A stretch of 64,000 bases of DNA from Octopus sinensis (Eukaryota): the NCBI RefSeq assembly GCF_006345805.1, contig NC_043004.1, positions 97,030,001-97,094,000 on the forward strand, written 5' to 3'. Shown one piece after another: positions 52,272 through 64,000 of the stretch. The notes beneath the pieces are model-generated. The model did no database searches and had not been told where the DNA came from. It was given only the letters and a program-made list of their open reading frames with translations. Positions within the stretch are counted from its first letter, which is position 1. Each line of letters begins with the position of its first letter. A program made the translations under genes and the position numbers.

Positions 52272-53328
52272 TAGAACAGCTATGCTGCAAGGCAGTGTAA
52301 CATGGGCTATGACAGCTGAGGACATGCATAGGCTTGAAAGAAATGAAGCCAGTATGCTTTGCTGGATGTACAATGTCAGTGTGCCTGTTTGACAGAGGGT
52401 AAGCATCTTGAGAGAAAAGTTAGGAATCAGATGTGCTGTGCAAGAAGGACAACTGAGCGGGTATGGTAATCAGATGTGTATAGGTGAGGACAGCTGTGTA
52501 AAGAAGTGCCAGTCTCTAACTGTGGAGGGAACCTGTGGTAGAGGTAGACCTAGGAAGATATGGGATGAAGTGGTGAAGCATGATCTTCAAACTTTGAGCC
52601 TCACAGAGGCAATGACCGATGACCGAAACTTTTGATAATGTGCTGTGATTGAGAGGACCAGTCAAGCCATGTGTACCCATGCTAGTGGCACGTAATGAAC
52701 ATCTTTTGAACCTTAGGCCTCAGAGAGGCAAAGTGGCTGTGTTCCTTTCGAGTTTTGGGCTTGAGGCTACATGGAGGCAAAATGTCCTTCTTGAGTGTTA
52801 GGCCTCATGGAGGCAAAGTGGCTGATTTCCTCTCTAGAATTGGGCCTGACGGAGGCAAAGTGGCTGAGCTTTTTTTGAGCGTTGGGCCTCATGGAAACAA
52901 AGTGACTGTGTTCCTTTCGAGTGTTGGGCCTCACAGAGGCAAGGTGGCTGAGTTCCTTTCAAGTGTTGAGCCTGGCAGTGGCTAAGTGGCTGCGTTCCTT
53001 TCGAGTGTTGGGCCTCACAGAGGCAATGACCAAGACAGTTGGCATTATGTTGTGGTTGAGAAGAATATCCATCAAGCCAAGCAAAATCAGTCATGGCAGA
53101 TACCAGTATCACACATATTGGCACCTATGCCGGTGGTACATAAATGCATTCTGTTGTCATGCAAATGGCACCCACTGCACTCTCGGAATGGTTGATGTTA
53201 GTAAGGGCAACCAACCATAGAAAACCACCAGACTGGAACCAGGTGCAGCCTTCTGGCTTGCCATCTCAGTCAAACCATCCGCCCATGCCAGCATGGACAA
53301 CGGTTGTGAAATGGTGATGATGATGATC
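52272..53328 (+). mobile_element. 5'-truncated RTE LINE (ORF end plus 3' UTR with (GAT)n tail)
   Basis: [26 protein letters not shown]...GRGRPRKIWDEVVKHDL; tail CCAGCATGGACAACGG...GATGATGAT. Confidence 0.88.
52715..53030 (+). repeat. 42-bp minisatellite (~7 units) inside the RTE element
   Basis: Unit approximately GGGCCTCACAGAGGCAAGGTGGCTGAGTTCCTTTCGAGTGTT. Confidence 0.9.
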
Positions 53329-53329
53329 T

Positions 53330-54815
53330 ATCTCTCAGACCTATCTCTCTGACCTCACACATCAGCAAGGTCATGGAACGAATAGTCAGAAGGAAACTGA
53401 TCACCTTCCTTGAAGAAAATGACTTGCTGCCTGACACCCAACATGGTTTCCGACCAGGAAGAAGCTGCTTAACTCAGCTCCTACAACACTATGACTGGGT
53501 GCTGAAACGACTGCTCAACCACTCAAATGTGGAAGTGATATATCTCGACTTTGCAAAGGCCTTTGATAAAGTCGATCATGGAATGATATGTCACAAACTG
53601 CGTGATCTTGGCATAGTTGGAAAATTGGGAGAATGGCTTCATGACTTTCTGAAAAATAGAAGTCAAGTGGTAGTAGCCAATGGGGTCACTTCCATTAACA
53701 CGCAAATAGTGAGCGGTGTTCCGCAGGGCACTGTTTTGGGACCACTACTGTTCATAATGGCTCTCTCAGACATGCCCTCAGCCACGCAGAGAGCCACGAT
53801 CACAAGTTATGCAGATGTTACAAAAGTTTCACAGGCAATACAGAACCCTGAAGACACTAAGCACCTGCAATATGAGCTGGACAAAATATACAAGTGGGCT
53901 GAAAAGAATAGCATGCAGTTCAATGCTGAAAAGTTTCAAGCTTTATACTATCAACATGCAAAACTGAATGCAATACCCAATGAATATACTGGACCCGGAG
54001 GGATTGCAATCCCAGAGGCACAATGAGTGCGTGACCTGGGTATTCACATGAGTGATGACGCGACCTTTCATGTACATGTTGCTAAACTGGCAATGAAATG
54101 TAGACGGCTGGCCGGATGGATTCTTAGAACCTTTAGAACAAGAGAACAAGAAACCATGATGGTCCTCTGGAAGACACTTGTCCTAAGCCACTTTGACTAT
54201 TGCTCTCAGCTATGGTCACCATCCAGTGTCAAGTTGATCACAGAACTTGAGGCGATCCAACGAAGCTACACGAAGAAGATAGCCTCTGTGCAGCATATAA
54301 GCTACTGGGAAAGACTCAAGAGATTAAAACTCTATTCCTTGGAGCGTAGGCGAGAAAGATATGCCATAATATATATCTGGAAGATCCTGGAAGGACTTGT
54401 CCCAAACTTTGGCATCGAGAGTCACACAAATGCCAGAACCGGGCGCCACTGCGTGGTACCAAGGACTCCAAATTTGCCATCAAGATGTAGGACAAGATAC
54501 TGTGATAGCCTGGGCTTCAGAGGCCCACAGCTCTTCAATATCCTCCCGAAGAACCTGAGGGACCTGCATGGTGTAGATGCGGATGTCTTTAAAGTAGGAC
54601 TGGATCTCTTCCTGTCAGGTGTTCCGGATGAACCAACTTCACGGCAGGAGGTGCAGATGAGGGCAGCTGCAGCGAACTCTCTCATGCACCAAATGGCAGT
54701 TGCTAAAAAGCATTCGTGAGGTAAAATCATGTAGCAAACCAAATGGCGGTGCCCCAGCATGGCCACAACTCATGAGCTGAAACTGGAAAAATCAAAATCA
54801 ATCAAATCAAATCAT
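53330..54815 (+). mobile_element. 5'-truncated CR1-group LINE (RT plus C-terminal domain and 3' UTR)
   Basis: ORFs 53373-54026 and 54027-54719 share one frame split by a single TGA. Motifs QHGFRPGRSC, YLDFAKAFDKV, GVPQGTVLGP, YADV (for YADD), LERRRERY; (AAATC)n tail. Confidence 0.95.
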
Positions 54816-54865
54816 ATATATAGGTGAGAAAGTTGGTGTGTGAAAGCACGTGGTTGAATATATAG

Positions 54866-55084
54866 AAAATAGTAAAAAGTGAAAAAACTACAGAAGGTTT
54901 GTTTTAAAAGGTTAAAAATATATATATTTGAGTCAATATGTCTGAAGAATGTTATAAATTTTTTTCATACAATGACATAGTTTAGAAGAAATCACCGGTT
55001 TATAACATTCTTCAGACATATTGACTCAAATATATATTTTTTAACCTTTTAAAACAAGCCTTCTGTAGTTTTTTCACTTTTTAC

Positions 55085-55090
<6 letters not shown>
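54866..55090. repeat. Long near-perfect inverted repeat (~92-bp arms, 40-nt spacer)
   Basis: 54866-54958 matches the reverse complement of 54999-55090 with 2-3 differences. Confidence 0.93.
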
Positions 55091-55130
<40 letters not shown>

Positions 55131-55806
55131 ATATATATATATATGTGTGTGTGTGTGTGGTGTGTGTGCGTGCGTGCATGTGTGTGTGTGTGTGTGCGTG
55201 TGTGTGTGTGTGCGTGTGTATGTGTGTGTACAATAAGTTTCTTTCAGTTTCTGTCAATCAAACCCATTCACAAGACTTTGGTTGGACTACAGCTCGTAGA
55301 AGATACTTGCTGAAGATGCCATGGAGTGGGACTGAACCCAGAACCATGTGGTTGGGAAGCAAATTTCTTATCACACAGCCACGAATATGCTTATATATGA
55401 TGAAAAGATGCAACTTTATGTGCAGGAAGGAAAGAAGAGTCAGAGGTAAAGGCAGAGTAATATTATTTTGATTTAGAAGTTTAAGTTGACAGGAAAATGA
55501 ATTAAACTTTTAAATGTCAGCCTGCCTCAAACCACTTTTCGTTCAGTGAAATAAAACTTTGTTATATAATAACTTTTAAGTAAAAACTTTTTAAAGTTCA
55601 GTTGTTCACACATCAGCTTATTACCGAATATGTGAATTATTTTACTAAATCCATCCATATTCTTGATTATTTTAAAAATTAAGTAAATAAAAATTTAGGC
55701 AATTTATGTAATTAAGAATATGGTTATGAAAGTGTTAACTTAAAATCTGATATAATACTTACTGTCAGATGGTGAATGATAACGTTGTTGTGTATAGGAA
55801 AGGTGA

Positions 55807-56145
55807 AAGAAGATAGATGAGGGAGAAGAAGAGAAGAAGACGATGAAGAGGAGTAAAAGCAAGGGGAGGAAGAAGAAAAGAAAAAAAGAGGAAGATGATG
55901 ATAATGGTGACGATGATGATGATGATAATGGTGACGATGATGATGATGACAACGACAAAGAGAAGTAAGTATGAAAGAAGATAGATGAAGGAGAAGAAGA
56001 GAAGAAGACGATGAAGAGGAGTAAAAGCAAGGGGAGGAAGAAGAAAAGAAAAAGAAGAGGATGATGATGATGATGATGATGATGGTGACGATGATGATGA
56101 TGACAACGACAAAGAGAAGTAAGTAGAAGATTGCATGACTCTACC
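55807..56145 (+). repeat. Tandem duplication of an ~170-bp purine-rich/(GAT)n unit
   Basis: Two near-identical units starting AAGAAGATAGATGA and ending ACAAAGAGAAGTAAGT. Confidence 0.85.
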
Positions 56146-57019
56146 AGAACAACAATTGACAAGTTTAATTCCTAAATGGGTATCCAATGATTGAGTGGAG
56201 GATAGCAGACTTCAGTTCCGTCTCTTACTCTGGGGCCGTGAGTGAATGTTAAGTGCCCCACTAATTCCTTGTCAGATTTACTTTGTCTTGCTGTCTACAA
56301 TGATCATGATAAAGATGGGGGAAAAAAAAAAGTATTTACTAACTTTGACATGGACATGTGCACACAGATACGTACACATTTGAGAAAATGCTTACACACA
56401 CACACAGACACACACTCACACACACACACACATATATATATTATGTACACATATCAGCTGGTATAAGTGTGAGATTTTTACGTCTTTAACTGCATGGTCT
56501 TCATTTCTGTTTTACTGTGCAGCACCTTGGGTGTCTTCGACTGTAGTTTTGAACAGATGGAAGTCTTGTGAGGGTATTTAGTACATGAAAACGGCAAGCA
56601 GGGACCTTCGTTTGTGTGTGTATATGTGTGTGTATGTGAGAGAGAGAGAGAGGGAGTGTGTGTTTGTATGCATGTGTATTGCACATGTGTGTGCATGCAT
56701 GTATGTGTGTGCATGAATGCATGTGTGTGTATGCATACATATATCTGAGTGTGTGTGTGCATACATGTATGTTTGTATTTGTGTGTGTGTGTGTGTGCAT
56801 GAATGTTGATATTCCCTACTTATCACTGATAGAAAGAAACAATGGTTATATTGACATTCCTTGTCAAGATCAGGAGTAGTCATAGTGTTTTTAAAGAGTC
56901 CTGGAATGCATTACCCTTTGCATGCAAGGAATTAAGGGTTGATGACAGGTGGAACATCTAGGCATAAAATCCAATTTCCTACCTCAAATTAAATGGTAAC
57001 TCAATGAACAGATACATAT

Positions 57020-57284
57020 ATCTTTTATGTTATATCTTTTACTTGTTTCAGTCGTCAGACAATGGCCTTCCGGCTCAATGCCTTGAAGAATTTTTGGCTG
57101 AATGAATTGACCTCGATATTTATTTTATTTTGTTCAGCCTGGTACTCATTCAATCAATCTTTTTTTGCAGAAATGCTAGTTTACAGGGACATAGACATAG
57201 CAAGACTAGTTGTCAAGTGGGAGTCAGGGACAAGCCCTGACACAAAGAAACACACACGCATATATCTATGTAAATATGCATGCA

Positions 57285-57317
<33 letters not shown>

Positions 57318-57505
57318 GCATACACACAGACACACACGCACACACACATACATATATTAAGTTTCCCTCAACAAAATCTGCTCATAAGGCTATGGTCAGC
57401 CCAAATCTATAGTAGCAGGTATTTGCCTAAGGTGTCCCACAGTGGGTCTGAACTTGGAACCATGTACTTGGGAATCAAGCTTCTTACCATGCAGCCATGC
57501 CTGCA
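57020..57505 (-). mobile_element. Degenerate SINE family B
   Basis: Recognisable tail (CTTGTTTCAGTC) and head (CATGTACTTGGGAATCAAGC). Confidence 0.7.
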
Positions 57506-57513
57506 CATGTATA

Positions 57514-58289
57514 TCTCTCTATATATAAAAGGCAGTTTGTCTGACTGTGTGTCTGTCAGGTTGTACCCTCACCCTGACCACGGCTTTCAACCGATTCTAA
57601 TGAAACTTGACACACACATAGCCCAATGTCATAATTCAAAACTAACGCAGCAAAAATTTTGAAAAGTTCCCCCAGTTCTGAAAAAATCGATAAATTCGAC
57701 ATGGGGTCGAGAATCTAAGCTTTTCCTATGCAACACATTTTCAGTTGTAGTTTTCGCAACTTGCAATCGATTTTCACCAAACTCATGGTGAAGCTTAATG
57801 TTACCCTAAGAAACTTAATTCTGGCGTTAGTTTTCCATGCAATACCTTACCATCAGAAAAAATCTATAAAATCATGCTATTTTGGGAAATCGCGTTCAAA
57901 TTCAAGATGACATATTTTCGACAATATCTTTAACAAATTGGCAGGATGTTTTTCTGAAATTCACAGCGAGCATCATGTCTGCTCCAAGGAGCTATATGGC
58001 CATTTTGATTCCAATAGGATACGTTATTACTGGAAAAAATCGGTTAATTACATCATATGTGGCACACATAGCAAACTGATTTTTCTGCGATATTTTTTGA
58101 AAGTTCACATAGATTTTCCCTACTTCTTCATGCATGCAAGGGAACGGTGCCTTAAATGCCTTAATGTCTTTTAGGCTTCATTTTACAAAATAACGGTTCA
58201 ATGAGTACAAAAAAGGGTAAAAAGGTAAAGATCATTGCTTATCGACAAAGTTTCTTACATACCCGGGCAACGCCGAGCTATGCTGCTAG
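57514..58289 (+). mobile_element. Non-autonomous Helitron, family 2
   Basis: A|TCTCTCTATATATAAAA start; ends CCCGGGCAACGCCGAG...CTAG|T. Confidence 0.85.
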
Positions 58290-58302
58290 TATTTTATATA
58301 TA

Positions 58303-58863
58303 TTGGGTTGTCCTGAAAGTTCGTGCCAATTTATAGTAGCTTGCCTTCCGACTTATTTTAGAACATGGTTCATAAAATAGGATTTCACTACCCCTCCATT
58401 TAGAGCACAGTTTTAGCTATCTTTTCGTGGAAGAAGAATTATGTTCCTATAACCTGTGTTAATTCTGTAACCCTTTAAAATGGAAGACAAGAATGTTCAT
58501 TTTCGGCACTTAATGCTTTGGAAACCAGACAAAAATTGCTGCAGCTCGGCTGGGATGTGTTACCTCACCCTCCATATTCACCTGATATTGCGCCTTCGGA
58601 TTTCCACTTATTCAGGTCTCTGCAGAATAGTCTTAATGGTAAAATTTTCAATTCCTTGGATGACGTAAAAAGATACCTTGATGAATTCTTTGCCATGAAA
58701 TAACCTCAATTCTGGGAAGAGGGTATTTTCAAGTTAAACGAAAGATGGAGACGCATTGTGCAACAAAATGTTTCATATTTGGTTGATTAAAAATATAATG
58801 GCAAGTATTTATTGACCTTTTTCTTTCTTTTAAAAATCGGCATGAACTTTCCGGACAACCTAA
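58303..58863 (+). mobile_element. Internally deleted mariner (D34D) element
   Basis: ~30-bp TIRs TTGGGTTGTCCTGAAAGTTCGTGCCAATTT / reverse complement TTAGGTTGTCCGGAAAGTTCATGCCGATTT, with TA on the left. MEDKNVHFRHLML is fused at ~58520 to TRQKLLQLGWDVLPHPPYSPDIAPSDFHLF. Confidence 0.92.
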
Positions 58864-59086
58864 AATTATTTTCTTCAGCCCTAGGATTCCTAAGTCCAGA
58901 TACCCAATTTTAATGACATATAAATGACTGAAATCACAACGTTCATATTGAATAGAATACCAGCAGTGGCCCAGCAACAAAATTTGCTAAGGGGGTGCAA
59001 ACCCAGGTCCTAATTTTTTAATGCAAAATGTGGATTTTTCCAAATGTTAACATTAAAACAAATGCAGGTATAATAAATTTATTATC

Positions 59087-59535
59087 ATGAGGGTCAGCTG
59101 AAATGTTCATAATCTGAGCAGGACACTCTCAATGGAATGTCACCAAATGAAGTTCATTTTCTAACATAGTTCCTCTTTCTGTCCACACACTTCCATTTGT
59201 AGTTGCAGTGCGTGGGTCGCACTGGTGAAGAAGCTTTTCTGTTGATCAAAATGGTCATCAACAACAGATAAGATGTTCTCATCATAGTGATACTGGTGCT
59301 CAGCTGAGTGCTTTTCTATGTTGAGAAACAGATGATAACCAGAAGGAACCAAATAACTAACATAACAGTTCAAAGCCAGTCACACACAGCAGCCATTGAA
59401 ACCAAGGACTTGTGTGCTGAAGCATTGTCCTAATGAAACAAGACCCCATTCATCAGTTTTTCTGGGTGTTTGGTCTTGATAGCCTTTCATAACTGCCTTA
59501 GGAAGTTGGTATTGAGATTTTTCATTGATGGTGTG
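59087..59535 (-). pseudogene. Degenerate mariner transposase 3' fragment
   Basis: YLVPSGYHLFLNIEKH...FDQQKSFF...ALQ corresponds to the YSPDLAPSDYHLF...C-terminus. Confidence 0.7.
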
Positions 59536-59814
59536 ATCATTTTGAAGATAGCCAATAAACACAATATAGTAATGTGAAGTATATTTTGCATATTAAAATG
59601 TTTAATTTTGGAAATGTATCAAGCACAGCTAAAATAAGCAGTAAAGATACAAATTGCAAGTATTTCAAAATGTGGGACACTACATGACAAAAACTAACAA
59701 AAAAAGGAAGAAAATAGTGGTGCTTGTGTTCCAAAGGTACAATGAGAAGGCTCAGGAGAAGGATAGAGAGATGGGGTAGAGGAAAGAAAAGAATGGAAAG
59801 TGAAAAGATAGGAA

Positions 59815-59988
59815 ATTGGCCCCTGTGCCAGTGGCACGTAAAAACAGCCCCCCCTACACTCTCAGAGTGCTTGGCATTAGAAAGAGCATCCGGCTGTAGA
59901 AACACTGGTGCAGCCTCCTGGCTTCCTAGGCCCCTGTCGAACCAGTCAACCTATTCCAGCATGGAAAATGGACATTAAACGATGATGT
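59815..59988 (+). mobile_element. RTE-derived 3' tail or SINE fragment
   Basis: GGCACGTAAAAA...CACTCTCAGAGTG...CCAGCATGGAAAATGGACATTAAACGATGATG. Confidence 0.7.
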
Positions 59989-60063
59989 CTTACCTATGCA
60001 CATGGTCAAGTAGAAAAACGACGAGTGATAAAAAATTGGACTTACAGAAATTACAAAATTTTT

Positions 60064-60590
60064 GAAACTTCCCATAAAGTTTTCGACGAAACTTTCAGGA
60101 AGTCAGAAAATCCTCAGAACGTCCCATGAAGTTTTCGACGAAACCTCCCGGAAGTCAGAAAATCATCGGAACTTCCCACGAAGTTTCGACGAAACTTCCA
60201 GGAAGTCAGAAAACCCTCGGAACTTTCCATGAAGTTTTCGACGAAACTTTCAGAAGGTTAGAAAATCTTGGAACTTTCCATGGAATTTTCGACGAAACAA
60301 CCAGAAAGTTAGAAAATCTTGGAATTCGCATGAAGTTTTCGACGGAACTTTCAAGAAGCGAGAAAATCCTCGGAACTGCCCATGAATTGTTCGACGAAAC
60401 TTCCCGGAAGTCAAAAATACTTGAAATTTCCCTTGAAATTTTCAACGAAACTTCCCGGAAGTCAGAAAGCTCGGAACTTCCCATGAAATCTCTGACCAAG
60501 TTTCTTGGAACTTTCCGGGAAGTCTTCAACGAATTTTCCAGGTTTTTAGAAAATCCTCTGGACGTCCAAGGAAACTTCCAGGAAGTTAGA
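60064..60590. repeat. ~51-52-bp minisatellite (~10 units) with internal palindromes
   Basis: Unit approximately GGAACTTCCCATGAAGTTTTCGACGAAACTTCCCGGAAGTCAGAAAATCCTC. Confidence 0.92.
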
Positions 60591-60974
60591 CTACGACATA
60601 TATCCCCCAATGTTTTTCCATTTGCCGTAAGTTAGACTTTTAACTCAAGGTATTTTACCAGTGAACAATCCTTCAATTTCTTCTATGTGACAGGATGTGT
60701 AAGATGAAAATTGTAAGCATCAATAGAAACTGCTGAGAACTAGAGTTTTCCCTAAAAATAAAACTAACTACCGGTTTCCTTGTCATGAATGTTCGTAGGA
60801 TGCAGCCTCTGGAAAATAAATCATTGGCATGATTACACCTAAGTCCTGTATGTCATTAGTGCCCTGAATCATTATTGTACCTTGTGTCAAATATTGCTAT
60901 TTGGATGAATTCGTTTGTAATGAAGAAGCTGAAATTTTGACGTACTAATTTTCATATTTTTTCTGGTTTAGCTC

Positions 60975-61372
60975 CTAGCCATCGATAATTTTGTGTAATT
61001 CATTCCCTGATGTATACGACGTATTACAGGTAACTTATAGAGAAATCCATTTGGAGTAATAGGTTGACTCATACCGTATAGAGAGTTAAAGAACCATTCT
61101 CCGACTTTTCCTGTGATGCTAAGGTTTCTTAAATTATGACAGATGATCGGTCTTGTCAAACGTCTTAACAATATCAAGGTTTTAACTGTCAATGATCTTT
61201 CCCCTTAAGAGATTATTAGAGGTAGTGTTATGATACTGTAAAAATTGTGACAGGCAACTTCGTTCAGTCCGAAACCTATACCGAGTGTCATCTAAGTTGT
61301 TTTCCTCCAGGTATGTTATTACTTTTTGTCTTCGGACAAGGCATTGGATAATTTTAGACGTGTAAGACATGA
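60975..61372 (-). mobile_element. Old CR1-group LINE RT fragment
   Basis: ITYLEENNL...RFRTERSCLSQFLQYH and LRNLSITGKVGEW parallel the 53373 element. Confidence 0.75.
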
Positions 61373-61611
61373 AGGAAACAGGTCTGTAATTTTTAGCTTC
61401 AGTATTGCTACCTCCTTTGTACCTATATAGGTTTTATTATAGCTTCTTTCAATAGTCTCGGGAATATGGCGGTACCTTTAATGATTCCATGAGGTGTTTT
61501 TTGCACGTTTTTAGCAATATAACTGGAATACTATTTGGTACAGATGCTGAGTTTGGGCTTAAATCATTAATAGCCGCAAATATATCAACTTCCATCGTAT
61601 TAATTTTAAGT

Positions 61612-63065
61612 TGTGTCTCTGCACTTGAGTTGTGGGATCAATGAATTCGCTTGGATTATGCACGGGGCTGTGATACGGACAGAGAATGCGGCCTTCCGCC
61701 TGTTGAAACGAAAGTATCGGGGATGGAGTTTGCGATCATGCCCACGAAGACCTCTATCCGACGCAGGGGTGAAAATCTCCGCAAATGGTAGGTTTACATG
61801 TCCGTTGAAGATGTTGAAAGTCGGATGAGATCTCCCTGCATCCTCCGTCGTTTGAGTGAAGGCAATGCCAGCCGTCGGAGATGTTCCTCTTGCGCAAGCT
61901 TAGACAAGCCCGCGCCCATTCGGATGGCCAAGCGCTGAACCCGCTCCAGGTGATGAATGTCTTTCTGGAGATATGGGTTTGAGGTTTGGATGTAATATTC
62001 GAGGATGGGTCGAACTAAAGTGATATATACAGGCCAAAAGACGCCCATTGAAAGGTTAGACATTGATCAGTGGATGAGTTAAAGATTCCTTCTGGCTTTG
62101 TTCCCCGCCTCGATACCCTGCTGTGGTAGTTTGAAAGTAGTATCTATCATTATGCTGAGATCCTTTTCTTCAGTGACCATCTTAAGATGTTGATGTTTGT
62201 GGCAAATAGTCAAGGGAGTGTTTGGAGGTGAACCTATTAGCAAATGGCTGCATTTTGAGGTGTTCAAGGGCAGATCCCATTCTTCCGTCCAATTCCAAGC
62301 TCGGTTCAGCGACGGTTGGAGTATGTCGTATTGATTCCTAGGTGAGACAAGTTTGACGTCGTCTACAAATAGGAGAACTCTTCCACCAAGAAAATCTGGC
62401 AGGTCGTTGATATAGAGAAGGAAAAGTATTGGCTCCAGTACCGACCCCTGGGAAACGCCGTTGCATGCATTCGTCTCCGCGGAGAGATCTCCATTTATTT
62501 GCACCCAAAAGGTTCGATAGCTCAGGAAGGAAGAAATCCACAAAGTCAACAATGGATGAATCTTGAATGCTCGAAATTTGCGCAAGAGAAGTCCAAAAAT
62601 ACTACGCCAACCAAGTCTTTTTCATCCATGGTCCTTGTAATCCATTCTTCAAGAAGGAGAAGATTTGTTAGGCAAGATCTTCAGGGTAGAAATCCATGTT
62701 GCGAGTCGGATATTTCTTTGTACCATATACATATATAGGGCTTTGTATAAGGCTTTGGTTGGAAATAGCTGTGGGAATGACCTGAACATTGTGAATAAAA
62801 ACAAAGTCGAGTATGCTATTTTCGCCTAATTAGACAGGTAATAATTTGTTGTATGGGAAAGTTTTTGTTGTATAGAGGAAAGGGTTCATATCCCTCCACA
62901 ACAGTTGCTTAGTTCCAGGCTGGGTATAATCCTCGGACCAGCTAAGATTAGTAAAATTTAAAGACCCCTGTTGAAAGCATATTAGCCTGTGTACTGGCCT
63001 CAGCTAGGGTTAGACTTATGAGTAAAAAAAAGCACCTCTGAAGTGATCTTCGTGATTAACCGCGT
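61612..63065 (-). mobile_element. Degenerate CR1-group LINE (RT plus C-terminus)
   Basis: GVSQGSVLEPILFLLYINDL...LLFVDDVKL; LVRPILEY...LERVQRLAIR...LKRRRMQGDLI; frameshifted. Confidence 0.9.
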
Positions 63066-64000
63066 CAGGACGACCGTAAGTAATGCTTCTAATATCATTT
63101 CCTTTTTATATAAATTAGTCTGAAATTGTCGAATACATTTCTTTGCAAATTAGGTAATTTCGGGGTTGGTCTGCAATCATTTACAGTTAAATGTTTCCTT
63201 TCAAAATCTTTTTTTTTATTAAACTGGACTAGTATTTCGAATGAGCAATAAGTATCAACGCATTTAACAATGAGCATTAAATATCAAAGATAAAAATAAA
63301 TCATTTTGTTCCCTTGTCAAACTTCAGACCTAACAACCTAAACGAGAAAACCGATATGACTGAAAGAATTTTTAAAGGGCTTTTATTTTTAGGCTGAGGT
63401 CAAACAGTCGAATCCATTCAACCATGTCGTCAGTTTTTAGCAACATCAGCTTCAAAGAACTTGAGAGAGGTGACAGACTGAGAGAGGACAAGAACCTTCA
63501 CACATTTTCAGCATTGCAAGATTTTGGAGTTAATTTTGTCAGAATAGAGCTGTCTTCAAGAATCCAAGTAATGCTATGTATTGAAGAGTAGCCGTAGATG
63601 CTGGTCATATTGTTGTTCTTGTTGTTTGCTGCTACTGTTGTTGTTGTTACATACTTTTTATTTTGAAGCTACTTTGCTTCAGAAGTTGGTTAGTCATAAA
63701 TTCCCTTGGGAATTTTAAGCCCAGCTTCATGACTTTTATTTATTTATTTTTGTTCTTTGTTTTTGCTTTGCAACGAAATCTAGCTTCAAGCATCTTATAC
63801 AGATAATGTTTTAGACACTATTTTCTGAAACTGGTAAAATTATGTAGGGGTGCAAATTTTGATCTTGCACCACCTGAAAATTCTAAGGGGTGCAGGTGCA
63901 TCTGCTGCACCCCCTGTTCCCGGGCCCTTGGATACCAGTCCATTGCAGGGTTCACAGCCAGCAAATTTTGAGAAGGGATGACAAGGTGATTGCATAAACT

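Larger units (their letters stand above)
58964..63930. mobile_element. hAT-type non-autonomous element expanded by nested insertions
   Basis: Imperfect TIRs CAGTGGCCCAGCAACA vs CAAGGGCCCGGGAACA (12/16); 8-bp TSD AATACCAG (58956-58963) / GATACCAG (63931-63938); GGGGTGCA subterminal motifs at both ends. Confidence 0.65.

Noticed and set aside
55807-56145. Basic plus acidic peptide (KRSKSKGRKKKRKKEEDDD...) ending at GTAAGT, as a possible duplicated exon
   Set aside because: The second unit is frameshifted to a stop, there is no acceptor, and low-complexity composition explains the peptide.
56185-56245. ATG...GGGGCC|GTGAGT candidate first coding exon (MIEWRIADFSSVSYSGA)
   Set aside because: A single donor-like site with no homology or downstream exon is not sufficient evidence.
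52715-60590. CRISPR-like appearance of the 42-bp (52715-53030) and 52-bp (60064-60590) arrays
   Set aside because: Units are contiguous with no unique spacers, there are no cas genes, and the context is eukaryotic; these are minisatellites.

Overview
AT-rich, microsatellite-dense eukaryotic DNA. The repeat content (tRNA-derived CORE-, Nin/Deu- and V-domain SINEs, RTE and CR1 LINEs, long (TA)n/(TAT)n/(CATA)n tracts) best fits an octopus or other cephalopod; this is an inference. No host protein-coding exon could be supported, and most ORF-track entries are translated microsatellites. The one clear host gene is an intron-containing tRNA-Ile(TAT) at 33701-33809 (-). The rest is mostly transposable elements: a broken hAT-like transposase, a truncated Gypsy/Mag LTR element with a tRNA-Trp-type PBS, Penelope-like (PLE) fragments, RTE/CR1/R4 LINE fragments, mariners, three non-autonomous Helitrons, a hAT-type element swollen to about 5 kb by nested insertions, and many SINEs. 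The best lead is RNA-structural: a type I hammerhead fold in the PLE 3' UTR (13005-13078), plus six copies of an ~180-bp (TA)n-associated repeat that each carry a minimal hammerhead-like fold with a variant core (CUGUNGA). All alignments were done by eye, and element edges are approximate unless a TSD, TIR or terminal motif is quoted.
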